Source: an uncultured archaeon
GTDB taxonomy: Archaea > Thermoplasmatota > Penumbrarchaeia > JASLWR01
Length of the DNA: 28,104 nt
Direction of reading: 5' to 3'
Assembly (NCBI GenBank): GCA_964430885.1
Contig: CAYSHM010000018.1
Span: 1-28,104, forward strand
Shown piece after piece: positions 6,829 to 19,400 of the stretch; the stretch's first letter is position 1; each line of letters begins with the position of its first letter. Made by a program: the position numbers and the translations under genes. The notes beneath the pieces are model-generated. The model did not search any database and was not told the DNA's origin. It saw only the letters and a list, made by a program, of their open reading frames with translations.

Positions 6829-9800
6829 TCAGTTCCTTTTAGATACGGCTATTCCCACACCTGCGATTATCATGATGAAAGCGGCGGCCAGAACGGCTAT
6901 CATGACCGAGGTGCCCGAGAATGAGGATCCATCTTCGCTGGGGGTTTCGTCGGCGGTTTCCGAGGATAACAGGTCCATGAACACTCTTTGGGTGGATGTG
7001 TGCCCTGCAAGGTCCTCAGCTGTCACTGTTATCTCATGGCGGCCCGCCTTCATGGAGCTTGTCTGGAGCCTGTGCTTCCACTGTCCTGCCTTGGGGGTGA
7101 GTGAATAAGGAACACCGTCTATTGTTATTGTCAGATTGGATATGCCTGTGTCGTCCTCGAGATTTCCTGTAATTAGAATTGATTCTCCTATGAGTATCGG
7201 TGTCTCACGGTCTTCCTCTATCGGGTCCATTGTAAGTTCAGGAGCTCCAGTATCCGCGGTGAACTCGAGTTCCTGGGAAATCTCGTGCCCTGCAGTGTCC
7301 TTGGCAGTGATCCTTATGTAGTGGGTGCCGGGGGTCAGAGATGAAATGTCGAGGTAGTATGTCCAGTTCCCGAGGGGGGTCCGGGAATCGGGTTCGGATG
7401 TGAGATCGGCTGTGGGTATGTCGTCGATGTAAAGGGTGAGTTCGGACAGCTCCCAGTCGTCGGCTGCAGTGCCGGTTAGTATAATTGGATCAAGGTAGGA
7501 ATATGCCAGTTTATGTTCTGCAAATCCAAAGGAGAGTGCGGGTTCTTCCGCATCCACTATGAGCTCTAGGGATTCAGAGGCATGGTTACCCGACGGATCC
7601 AGGGCCTTGATGCTTATTGTGAGGGGCCCTTCAGGGGCTGCATCGGTGTCCCAGATATGGCTGAAAGCACCGTTGTTATCGAGGCTGTAGGTTATGTCGG
7701 TCTCGAATCCTGCATTTATGGAAAAGGATAAGCTTTGAATACCGCTGTCGTCCCGTGCGGTGCCGGTGAATTCCACGGTATTCCCTTTCTTAATTATCGT
7801 ACCTGAAGAAGGGGCTGTTATGGTGATAGTTGGAGGATTGCCCTCTATGACCGTCAGGTCGGCAGCCTTGTATGCGGTGTTTCCGGCTCCGTCCCCGGCT
7901 GTGACCTTGATGCTGTGTTCACCGGGCAGAAGCCCTGAAAGTGAATAGGTCCAGATACCGTCAAAGAGGTAGCCTGTGATGTCCAGGGGAGCCTGGGGGC
8001 CCTGCTGGGCATCGATAACCACCAGGATGAGCGAGGTCACCTCCTCGTTGTCCTCCGCCGTGCCGGAAAGTGGAATGGATTGGCCCTGGTAGTAGTCGGT
8101 ATTGGATACCGAGGGGTTGATGGTGACGGCTGGCGGGTCGAGGTCCACAAGCTTGAATGTTGTCCATGTGTCGGCATATGCCGGACCCGAGTATGCCCTT
8201 GCCCGTATCTCATGGGCGCCCAGTTCCATATTGGCGGTTCCCATGTCCAGGGCCCAGTAGCTGTATGATGGCTCTTCCGGGGACGAGCGGTCCTCTGCCG
8301 GGAGCTGGATGCCATTGCCGTCGAACTCTATCTCCACGGAATCAATATCCTTATGACAGAATGCTCCGCCTGATACCTGGATAAGACCGCCCTTGGAGAA
8401 GGCCTGGCCGTCCACTGGCTGATCGAATTCGATATTGACCCTGCTGTAGACCGAGATATTGATCTCCACGATCTTTGCGGCTGTCTGGGAGAAAGCGTTG
8501 GACAGAACGGTGAAATAATCGCCCTGGGATAGTTCCATTGAAAGGGATTCCCCGGGAGTCCTGGTGGATGAATGGAAGGCGCTGAATGGAAGATTGCCGC
8601 TGTAGAGGTTGTAGTTCATGGGGTCTGTGAGGAAGAGATCGATGTTTCCCGTGTTGACGAATAGGTCGCCCTTGTCCCCTGTGTATACGTTGTCTGAAAG
8701 GACCAGGCTTGATGCGACGTTGTAGCTTATCTCGAACTCATAGGGTCTGGTGAGATCAGGGGCCACTTCCATAGGATTTACTATGAGGGCGTCGGCGGCC
8801 CTGGGGAGACGGAATGTATGGTTATAGACTGCATCGGCCTCGGAGCCCTCCACTATGCTGGTGGTCCCATAGACAGGATCCTCTCCCAGGGTGTCGGAGT
8901 TGGCCGCCGACCAGTAGTTTCGGTTGTCCCCCAGGGGTATCGAGACCGTTCCCGTATGGTCCGTTGAGCCCCAGGTGGTGGTCGTGAGAAGATCGGGATT
9001 GTAGAAGTTCTCGGTGGATACCCTCACGAGGGCGCCGTCAACAGGCAGCCCGTCGCTGTCCAGTACCGTGGCGTTGTAGGTGCAGTGGGCAGTGTACTTG
9101 GGCGTCACGGGCCAGATATGGCCGTCGCCCCGGGTGTTCCAGACCGATGATATGGTCTTGCCCCAGCCGTTCTCGTACATCATTGGCCGGTCCACTGCCC
9201 CGTCCCAGTGGATCCATCTCTTGTTCCAGAACTCGTTCCAGACATGGTCCTCTGCGGAGTTCAGCGTGCAGGTGGTCGGGACCAGACCAGTACGGGCTGC
9301 TGCAGCCCTCATGTCCTGGTACTCGCCGCACCGGCCGATATGCTTGGCATAGATACGGACCGGCTGGACCGGGCGCTCCTGGTTGCTGGTGAAGGACATT
9401 GAGCCGCCGATCCAGCCGTTGAAGGCGCCTATGGCCTCGTCCATGGTGGATACTGTGGAGAGGCGGTCCTTGAGAAGCGGGTAGCCTGTATCGTTATGGT
9501 AGTAAAAATAATCGCGCCAGTACTTGCCCACAGGCGGCGGGGTCCCGTAATTCCGGTCGAAGGGCGGCTGGGATGTGTAATCGTATTCGGGATCGACATA
9601 GGTGGGCAGTTCGTCGGACAGGTCAGGGTGGACCACATACCAGTAGTAGATGTCCCGGGGCAGGGTAAGGCTCTCCCCGTCCACCAGGCGGTAGGTGAGA
9701 GTTGTGTGATCGCCTTTCTCTGTTATGTTCACATAGGGAAGCTCGGGGGCTATATCGTAGATGAGCCGTGCATTGTGGGGGATGAGCTCCGGGAAGAAAT

Positions 9801-10341
9801 AGTCGTCCTCCAGGGTCTCCACGGAAGAATGGGCTATAACGAATGCCACCTCGTCGATATGCAGGGGTTCCAGGTCGGCGATGTCGAGTATCATTTCGGC
9901 GAAAAGGGAGCGGGATCCCGGTGAGAGGCGGAGGAACTTGTGTGTGAGGTTCTCCCTCAGCCATTGGGGAGTGGCATCCAGAGCCTCGCGGCATTCGGGA
10001 GGGAGCCTGCGGGTCAGGTCCTCGGTTCGGAGATAGTTATCGGTGAAATGGATGAAGAAATCCTCTCCGGGCTCTAGTAGAACGCGCTCCTGTATTGTAT
10101 CCACCAGGACCCGGTCCGGCTCTTCGGGTTCGGGTGGTTCCGTGGTGGAGGTGTTTCTTGTTTGGGTGTCGGTGGGTGAACAGGAGTCGGTAAATGATTT
10201 CGCTGTGAACGGTCTTGCCAGGGTCACCGCTGGGGAGACCAGCATTACGGGGAGGACAGTCAGCATTATTAGGAGAACGGTCAGGCATAGCGCGGTCTTC
10301 ATGGCCTTTTGTGAATTGGAAAAATATTTTCTATTGTTCAT
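6829..10341 (-). CDS. Secreted, C-terminally membrane-anchored transglutaminase-superfamily (PNGase-like) protein with about five Ig-like repeats
   Basis: N-terminal signal. Cys-His-Asp core GRCGEY...EDHVWNEF...RWIHWD. Repeats of the form G.A.D...I..L.I.ID...G.H.I...A.D.AG. C-terminal TM IAVLAAAFIMIIAGVGIAV followed by SKRN. Confidence 0.85.
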   Translation of the reverse strand: MNNRKYFSNSQKAMKTALCLTVLLIMLTVLPVMLVSPAVTLARPFTAKSFTDSCSPTDTQTRNTSTTEPPEPEEPDRVLVDTIQERVLLEPGEDFFIHFTDNYLRTEDLTRRLPPECREALDATPQWLRENLTHKFLRLSPGSRSLFAEMILDIADLEPLHIDEVAFVIAHSSVETLEDDYFFPELIPHNARLIYDIAPELPYVNITEKGDHTTLTYRLVDGESLTLPRDIYYWYVVHPDLSDELPTYVDPEYDYTSQPPFDRNYGTPPPVGKYWRDYFYYHNDTGYPLLKDRLSTVSTMDEAIGAFNGWIGGSMSFTSNQERPVQPVRIYAKHIGRCGEYQDMRAAAARTGLVPTTCTLNSAEDHVWNEFWNKRWIHWDGAVDRPMMYENGWGKTISSVWNTRGDGHIWPVTPKYTAHCTYNATVLDSDGLPVDGALVRVSTENFYNPDLLTTTTWGSTDHTGTVSIPLGDNRNYWSAANSDTLGEDPVYGTTSIVEGSEADAVYNHTFRLPRAADALIVNPMEVAPDLTRPYEFEISYNVASSLVLSDNVYTGDKGDLFVNTGNIDLFLTDPMNYNLYSGNLPFSAFHSSTRTPGESLSMELSQGDYFTVLSNAFSQTAAKIVEINISVYSRVNIEFDQPVDGQAFSKGGLIQVSGGAFCHKDIDSVEIEFDGNGIQLPAEDRSSPEEPSYSYWALDMGTANMELGAHEIRARAYSGPAYADTWTTFKLVDLDPPAVTINPSVSNTDYYQGQSIPLSGTAEDNEEVTSLILVVIDAQQGPQAPLDITGYLFDGIWTYSLSGLLPGEHSIKVTAGDGAGNTAYKAADLTVIEGNPPTITITAPSSGTIIKKGNTVEFTGTARDDSGIQSLSFSINAGFETDITYSLDNNGAFSHIWDTDAAPEGPLTISIKALDPSGNHASESLELIVDAEEPALSFGFAEHKLAYSYLDPIILTGTAADDWELSELTLYIDDIPTADLTSEPDSRTPLGNWTYYLDISSLTPGTHYIRITAKDTAGHEISQELEFTADTGAPELTMDPIEEDRETPILIGESILITGNLEDDTGISNLTITIDGVPYSLTPKAGQWKHRLQTSSMKAGRHEITVTAEDLAGHTSTQRVFMDLLSSETADETPSEDGSSFSGTSVMIAVLAAAFIMIIAGVGIAVSKRN

Positions 10342-10465
10342 TTTATCGCCGGATTTTACAGTATGATCTTTGCAGCAACAAGTGCAATTTCAGTGTAACA
10401 AGCGTTAAGATATAGAATTATCTTCTGAAATGTATCATTTTGATGTTTGGTTGTTCTTACAGGTC

Positions 10466-13400
10466 CTATCCTCTGATAACCACTCTCTCGCCGCAGTGAG
10501 GACATGCCGCTGCCGCAGGGAACTGCTTCAGCATCACCGCAAAGGCGCCGGCGCAGCTGGGGCACTTTACCCTGACCTTCTTGGGAGCGTCCTCCTCAGG
10601 CTGTTTTCGGGGTTTTGGTTCCTCTCTGGGTCTGGACGACTGTGTCGGAGCAGGGGGCTCAGGACCCTCGTAATTGGAGAGTATCCTCTTTATATGCTTG
10701 GCGTTCTTGATACTGAGTTCATACTTGCCTGAATCAAGGGAGTCCTTGGAAACCTTCAAAAGTGCCTCCACCTTCTTTGCCGTAGGTGTCTCAATCTTGT
10801 CCTTCTTTGTATCGTACTCGTCACGGGCGTCATCAAGTACCATACCGGCTATCTTCTGGCGTCTGCTGTTGATCTTGGCCTTGAGCTTCACAATGACATT
10901 CTTCAGTATGGTGATGGCCTTGTCGATGTCCTCCTCCTCCAGAAGTCTGCCCGCCTTTGTATTGAGCTTGAGCTCGGCATCGATATCCGCTGCAAGGTCC
11001 CGGGCGGCCTCCACATACTTGTCCACTGTCTCCACCAGCTTGTATGCCTCGTCCCTATTGGACATTTTGTCCCGCAGCTCGGTGATCATCTTCTCCATGA
11101 CCTCTATCTTTTCCTCCATCTCCTTCCATTCCGAACCGGAATAGTGGGACTGAAGGTCCTTTATGGCGCTTCTCATGACCTTGAGGTACTTGTCTGAGAA
11201 ATAGGGTTTCTTCTTTATCTCCAGGTAGAAGGCCTCCACTGATTTGAGCCGGGCGAAGAGATGGTTGCCTATGATACGGTAATAAGCGCTGTCCAGGCTC
11301 TTCTTCAGGTTCAGGCTGCCTATATATGCCTTCATGAACCTCTCCTGGTCTAGGTGGTCCAGAATGGCCGTGAACTTGGATTCGAGCTGGGAGGAATCAC
11401 GTCTGCTGTTTCTGAGAACATTCAGCTTGGGGTCCATCTCGGATATGTTGTTCTCTGCCCTGACCTTGAGCTGCGCGTTGAGATCGCTCTTCATGAAATG
11501 CCTCATCTCGGTCATTGTATCAGTGGCCTGGCCGTAGTAACCCTTCTCGATCTGCTCCCTGCCCTTTGAAAGGAGATTCTTGCCCTCGGTCGTATCTATA
11601 TCCAGACCCTCATATCCCAGGAGGCGCTCTTCCAGCTTTGCCAGCTTGGACTTATAGAGGTCCTTCTCGTTGGACGATCTCTGCAGTTCCAGGACCTCGG
11701 TGAACTCCTTCAGTTTCCGATTGATCAGTTCCAGATCCCCGGCGGAGGATGCGTCCAGTGCATCGTTGAGTATCTCCTCCAGATCAGGGTAGTCCTTTCC
11801 GGTATTATCCTTCAGTTCGTCTAGGTCCTCGAATGCCATGTCCAGCTCGTCCTGGGCTTCCTCCAGTTTTCTTACCTCAAGGGCCTTATTTATGGTCTTC
11901 TCCAAGCTCTTCAGAATCTCAACAGCCTTCTTGAAATCGCCCTTGGATTCACGCTCGTTTACATCTTCCCAGGTCTTCTGGATGTCCTCTATCTTCACCC
12001 TGTCCTCCTGGGCAAGCTGCATTAGAGACATTACTTCCTCCTTCTTCTTTTCAAGCTGACTTCCCATGACCGAAGCTATCATATCCTCCGCCTGTTTGTG
12101 AAGCTCCTCCAGCTTCTTTTCCGCATTTTCCTGATCCTCTCCTGCCATAAGGCCGTTTATCTCCGAGAGACGCATCTCCACCACATCCATGTCCAATCCG
12201 AGGTCACGTCCCTCCAGTATCATGGACTCCACCTCCTCGTATATTATATCCATCCTCTTTGATCCTGCCTCCCTGCGGGCCTTTAGGCAAATCTCCACGG
12301 CTTCCCTGGCAAGCTCCTTGGCCTCCTCGAACTCCTTCTTTTCCAGCGTATCCCTGGCTCGTATCAGCAGGGCTTCGCTGTTGAAATCCTCAAGATCCAG
12401 CTCTTTGTTCCGCTCCAGTTCCTTTTCCGCCTTGCCAATCACCATTTGGGTCTCAATGGGCATACGTTCCTCAGTGAGCCTGTCCAGGTTGGTGCTGAGC
12501 TCCGGCAGGGTATCCACGCATTGCTCGTAATCGTTATCCCTGATGTTTTTCTGGCATTGTTCCATCTGCAGCTGTATCACCTTGATGGGATCCCTGAGCT
12601 GTCTTATAGCGTTATGTCCAAGGTCCCTTATGACCTCCAGTTCTGCCCTGAATCGGTCCTTGAGCTCCTTGAGCTCATCCTTTCCTCGCCCCTCGATATG
12701 AGTTTTGTAAAGCTCCTTAAGTTGGGTCTTCATGTCAAGAAGCAGGTCTATTGCCGGGTCCAGGTTTCCGGCCTCATGCTCCCTGTCTGCCTTTGCCCTC
12801 ATGCTGACCAGGGCCCCAGGTGTATCAACTCCCCGTTTCTCGTTCCGGGCCAGCTGCTGGTAGATCTCCTCGTAGAGTGACGAAAACTGTTTCTCCTTAT
12901 CCATGCGGATCTCCAGCTCGGCCTTTAGCACCGCAAATCTCTCCATTTCCGCTCTGGCCCCTGCCTCTTCCCCGCTGTCCACCATGACCTCCAGCTCGTC
13001 AAGGTCCCTGAGCATCTCCTCCTTCCGGGCATCGGAAATGAAGGGCTTGTTTCGGGCAAGTTCAACGAACTCGGATATGTCCTTCACCTCGGCCTCCAGC
13101 CTTAAAAGGCGCAGGTCCCTTAAGGTGTCCAGGGTCTGCTGGAATTTCTCGGAAGAAAAGTGGTCTCCGGCCTCATCCAGGAGCTCGCGGGCCCTGTCAG
13201 TGTCCAGGCCCAGCCTCGCCATCTCATTGATCACTTCTGGTGCCCTCTCAAGGTCAGCCTGGGCGTTCTGCTTCATATGGTCCCTGTTGATCCGGGCCAA
13301 TATGTTCCTAGCCTCAATACATTTATCCCGGCAGTCGGCGAACCGCTCCTCCCTGTAATCAGCCCTTGCCTCTGTAAGGATGGGATCGGCTCCGCTACCG

Positions 13401-16400
13401 CTGTAGATATCCTCCCCGAGGTTCTCCCTGATCTTCCCAGCCATATCCTCCACCTCACGGAGGATGGCGGTAGCGCCGGAAAGCTCGTCCTCCCTCCTGA
13501 GACCGTCAATGTATTCCATGAGACTGTCGGCCTTTTCGCTGGCAGACTGGAACTTCTTCTTGTTCAGTTGGGTGTTTATATCGTACTGTTTCTGCCTCAG
13601 GTCCTTGATGACATGCCTCTCCTCGCACTGATCGATGAACTCCTCCGCCTTTGCCAACAAGCCCTCCACCTTCAGGGTGTAGTAGCTCTCCATCCTCAGC
13701 TCCAGGGCCCCCTCCACCTTGATCATGTTCTCCACGGCGGAGGAATAGTTGCCGTTCTTGAAGGCCATCCTTATATCCATGAACGCGTCCTTCTGGTCTG
13801 ACAGGTCTATACCCTTGAGCTGAAGGTCCCTGAAGGATGCCCGAAGGGCCGTGACCTTCTCCTTCGCCACGTCCTTGAGGCTTGTCTCCGCCTCGTCCAG
13901 TGATTCCAGGATGGTGGCCTGAAGCTCGAAGAGGGGGTCAAGTTCCCCTGCCTCGATATGCTCCCTGGCGCTGTTCAGGAGCTCCTCCGCTATGGGAGCG
14001 GAGAATCCGGCCCTGCCAACGTCCTGCAGCCTGATCTCCAGATCGCCGAACACAGCAGGGAAAACCTCCTTTAGAAGTATTGTCCTGAATCCCTTCATGG
14101 ATCCGCCGAACTCCGCTAGGAAGGCCTCCGAGTTGTCCAATTCATTCTCCTTCATGGCTATATCGGCGTTGGTAAGGCTGTTGCCCATGGACAGCAGTTT
14201 GGAGCTCTCCTCGGGATACTGCTCCTTGAGGTCCTCCATCTCCCTCTTGAGTGTATCGTAGATCCGCAGAGCCTCGGTTATCCTTTGAGCAAGCTCATCC
14301 TTTCTGGCCTTAGTGAGTTTGCTTTTCAGCTCTTCCACCACCTCCCTGAGCTCCAGCGTTGTCGAATAGTATGCGCCATCCCGGGCTGACTGGCTGAACA
14401 GGTCCCGGGATTTATCCTCGCTATCGGTATCAAGCTCGGCCTTCACCGCCTCGTCAAGCAGAACACCGAACTCCTCCGTCTCCTCCTGGTACATGGGCTG
14501 GTAATGGCGGTTCAGAAGGTCGGTCAGGTCTGCCCTGAACTCCTGGGTTCCCCGTGAGACCTCCTCGTAATCCTTTGCCTCTAGGTGTAGGTCCAGCTCT
14601 TCCAGGCGCTCCAGGTACTCCGAGAGGTCCAGTTCCTCCTCTTCTGCCGTCATGAGGAGCTCCCTGCATCTCTTGATATTGTCAGAGGCTCTCTGATACT
14701 TGGTCTGCACTATGGCCTTTTTCAGCTCGGCCAGGATATCCTCGGCCTGGTCGTGGGCCTGTTTGAACATATCTTCCTCGAACTTGAGGCTGGCCCCGCC
14801 GTAGCTCTCGCTGAAATAGTCGAGATCCACATCGGGTTCGCCGTCCAGTATCCCGCTGATCTCAGCCAGGAGCTCAGAGGCGCCATCCTTGAAGAATCGG
14901 TCCCTGTTGACAGTGCACAGCTCCTTGGCCCTGACCGCCAGCTCGGATGCCCTGGAGAATATGTTGTTATTGAAACTGTCCTGAGCCTCCTCCATCATCC
15001 CATCGGCCTCTGGGTTCTGTATACCGATCTCCTTCAGCTCGTCCAGCATGGCCCGGCCTTCCACCAGGAGGGTGAAAACTCCCTCCATGAAGGGTTTCTG
15101 CTTCTCCAGGAGCACATCGTTGAGCTGGTCCAGCAGCCGGAGGGCCAGGATATAATCCTTCTCCTCGGCGGCATTCTCGGCACGTTCCATTACCCCGGTT
15201 TCCTCGGTGAGGTCGGTCTCATGGGCCTTCACTTCCTCGTAGAGGGACCGGACCCTGGGCAGATTCACATCCAGCAGCTTCTTCCCCTGATCCTGCCTCA
15301 CATGCTCCACTATACCCTCGGTGGCCTCCTTGTACTTCTCAAGGGCCCGGGCATCGCCCTTCCTGGCGGCCTCAACGGCCAGGGCACAGGAGTCCCTGAT
15401 ATTGGCGACATTCATGCCCAGGGATTCCCACTGGTCTATGTTCTTCACGAACTCGTCCCTGCCCCGTATATATTCACTGCAGAACCGGTTCTTCTGCTCC
15501 AGGTCTATCATGTTCTTCAGATTTTTGATGGCGTCCTCTATGAACTCCAGGGCCGACTCGTCATCGCCCTCCTCCATATCAGCATCGGCATAGTTAAGAA
15601 GGGACTCCTCGGAAACACTGTCCAGTCCCAGATCCTCGGCATCCTGGATAAGGTCCCTGGCCTCGGCCATTTTCTCCTTGGCCTTGTTCTTCAGGAACTC
15701 GGTCTTCCTTGAGGTGTAGATCTTCTGGGCCCTCTCGCACAGCACCTGGGTCTCGCCGTAATCCCCTTCCTCAAATAGACCATAGGAGCCGTAGACTATC
15801 TTGTCAACGGGATGGATGTTCATGCCCAGCTCCTGACCTTCATCCATGAGCTTCTGGAGCTCGTCAAGCCTTTCCTGGGCGCACTGTTTATCGTAATCCT
15901 GTTTGATCTTCCGGGCAAGGGCGACGGCCTTCTCAGCCAGCTCACGGGATGCAAGGAAATCCTCCTCGTCGAACTTCACCCGGGCTTCGGCAAGTCCCGC
16001 CGAGACCTCTTCACGGTCCAGACCTATCTCTTCAAGGGTGGACAGAAGCTGTTCTGTGAGGTCCATGGCCTTCTGGGCCTGGTCCCTGCGGTATTCGGTC
16101 CTTATATCAAGTAGAGAGGTCTGCAGCATATCAACGGTCTGGCATCCTCCCAGGAAGTCCTTGTTCTGGATATGATTCCGGATCCCGTTGAACTCCCTCT
16201 TCTCCCGGTCCAGGTCCAGTCTCAGCCTGTTGAGCTCCACGAAGAGCTTCTTTGCGCTGTCTATACGGCCCCTGAGCTCATGCTTGGCCGTTTCCTGGCC
16301 AATATGCTGAACCATTTTCTTGACAGACCCCACCTGTTCCTGGGCCTTCTCCAGATCTGTTTCCTCCACAAGATGCAGACCCGCCTCTATGGCTTCCTCG

Positions 16401-19400
16401 ATCTCATCGGCTTCGATACGGGCCTTTCTGATCTCGGACACATTCTCCCTGAATCCTTCCAGGGCCTCTCCGGCGAGTTTAAGCTGGAATGTGCGCTCGT
16501 GGTCCCCGAGGTTGGTCTCATAGCTCCCGAATAGACGGTCCACTTCCTGGTACTCCTTGTTCTTTATGGCGTCCTCGGCAAGGTCCAGCATCTCGCAGAG
16601 GTCCTGGTACTCACCGCCGGTCCTGTCAAGGAACTTCTCCAGTGAAAGTCTGCATTCCTCTAGATCGCCTTCCTTGAGCTCGGTCTTCTTGGCATCTATG
16701 GTATTATGAAGCTGATCCCGGGCATTATCAATGAGCTCTATCGCCTGGTGGTACTCCAGGGTCTCTCTGAGCTGGTCGGATTGTGTAAGAGATCCGTCTG
16801 CCGATTCAGTATCGAGTTCGTACTCTTCGGCCTCGGTCATCAGCTTCCTGAGAATTTCCTGCTTTTCCGCCAGGATCTCGTCCAGCTTCCGGTCCACACG
16901 GGTCTTGATATCTGAATACAGTTCACGGAGGTCCATGAGCGACTTGTATATCTCGCCCTCCTGGAATACATTCTTGGTCTCCATGAAGCGCTCCTCAAGG
17001 TCGCTAGTGTCAACCTCCAGGCCCTGGCCTTTGACCAGCATCTCGTTCCAATCGTCGGTCTCGGCGGAGTATAGTTTTCGAATCTCCTTCTCACGGAGGG
17101 CCCTGTATTCCCTGAGGGCGGAATCCGCCGTTTCCTGGGCTTCCTGGAACCTGTCCTCTTCCAGCTCCTGGCCGGCCTTGTCCATAATATCCTCCATGGG
17201 ACTTATGTCCAGAGAGAACTCCTCGGCTCCCTTCATCTCTTCCCTTACAGAATGAAAGAGCTCCTGGGTACATTTCCAGTCATAGGCCGCCTTGATGGAC
17301 AATCCCTCCTCCTCGGCCTTACCGGCAGCGGTCTCTGACTCAACGTAGTCCCCGTCGGAGAACCGGGATTCGGCATCCAGAAGGAAAGCCTCCACGGAAG
17401 CTGTGTCCAACCCAAGTTCCCTGGTGACCTCCAGTATTTCATTGGCCTTATCCATGGCGACTTCCGCCTGACCCCGGAGGTAATCAGTCTCGATCTCCTC
17501 CATGGTCACTGCGAGCTCATCCACTATGGCGCATCCTTCCACATTCCTGTTCTCGGAAAGGGCGCCCTCGGCAGATGCGAGTATGGTCTCCTGTTCCGAC
17601 AGGTCCAGCTCGGTGTCCTCAAGGCGCTGGAAATATTCCCTGACAGCTTCAAGACGCCGGTTGAGCTCGTCCTTGGCGGTCTCGTTCCTGAGTTCTTTTA
17701 GAAGTTCATCCACTTCCGTCAGGGTCTCCCCGGCTCCTTCAAGGTCGTCTTCCTCTATCTGCTGGAGGGCCTGTGTGATAGATTCTGATATGTGTTCGGT
17801 AGAGATGTCGACATTGTCGATGGGTTCAAGTTCGCCGGACCTCACCTCCAGGGTTTTCTTTGTCTCATCAAGATTGAAATCCCTGAGATGTCTTTCCCTC
17901 TTGGTCGCGAACTCAGCAAAAAGGGTATCGGCGCCGTCATAATCCTTGTCGGTGATGGAGCTCTTGGCGGTATCCAGCATTTCCTGCAGGTCCTGGTACT
18001 CCGCATCGGTCTCGGCCATTATCTCCGAGAGAGAGGAGGTGCACTCCTTGAGCTGGTCGGACCTCATCTCGGTCATCCGGTCATCCAGCGAGCCCTTGAG
18101 AGCTTCCGCACGGTCTGTGAGAAGCTGAATAGCAGGTTCAAGTTCGCCCTCCCCGCGCATTTCGTCAGCCTTCTCCAGGTCTCCCGCTGCGGGATCGATA
18201 TACTGGGCGGACAGCTCTATGCATTCGCCCATCTCCATGAGCTCCTCGATCTCCTCCCAGTGCTCGGACAGAAGCTCCAGAAGCCGGTTCTCGATCTTGC
18301 CCTCCAGAGCCTCGGTGAGTATCAGGGCGGTATCCAGGGCCTCGACGTATTCCTCGTTCTTGAAAACGACACTGAGCTCCCTAAGGCTGGAGGCTTCCCC
18401 TGTGATATCGATTTCCAGCCCCTTGGCCTTCCCCATGAGCTCCTTCAGGATCTGGAACTGGTCCCTGCATGCGTTCTTGAAATGTATCTTCTTGGTCTCT
18501 GCGATCATGTCATATACTTCACGGGAAAGCTTCAGGGCTGCAATGTGATCATCATTCGCTATAAATTCCGTAACCTTTGCCAGTTCCCTCTCCTCGGCAG
18601 CGAGGTCAACACCCAGATTGGCAGTTTCATCAAAGTAGGCTTTTGAAGAAACAAGCTGCTCCTGGGCCAGCGGTTTGGCCTGGACCATGTTGGCGTTCTC
18701 GATCATTTCCTTTATCCAATCTATCCTCTTCTTGATGCTCTCCAGCTCGCTCTCGGATATGTCGTCCTTCATGGTTACCAGGGTTATCTTCTCCCTGACA
18801 ACCTCCAGCAGTTCATCGCCGGATTTTATATCGACCTCCACTTCCCTGACCCTGTCAAGGCCGTCCTCCAGACCATCCATCATGTTCCCGTACTCCTCGA
18901 CCTGGTGGAGACGGTCCTGGAGATGCAGCTCCTCCTTGAGCTCCTCTTTGAGAGAGTCAACCTCGGAGAATTCCCCCTTCATGAGGACCTTTGCGGACCT
19001 GTTCAGCAGATAGCGGGCATCGGATAACTTGCGTCCAGTGGTTTTCTCAAGTTCCCTGAGCTCCCTGCTCATATCCTCCAGGTCCTGTTTTCTCATGGTG
19101 GTGTTCCTGTCATAGATGGCCTTTTCGGCATTCTTGTTGACCTTCTTCATGAGCTCGATGGCTTTCTCAAGTTCACCATCCTCTGACAGCTGGTGAGCCT
19201 CGGCGGCGGAATCCATGATACTGGAAAGGTCAGCTTCAATCGGTCGGGCCTGGTCCTCCATGGTGCCCAGATCCTCTTTCATCTGTTGGATCATATCGCT
19301 CATAACACTATTAAGGGCGGATCCCATATCCTTCAATACCGGGGCTGAACCGGTGTAGGCTTCTCTGAACTCTTCCTTTTCCATGAGCTCCTTCAGCCCG

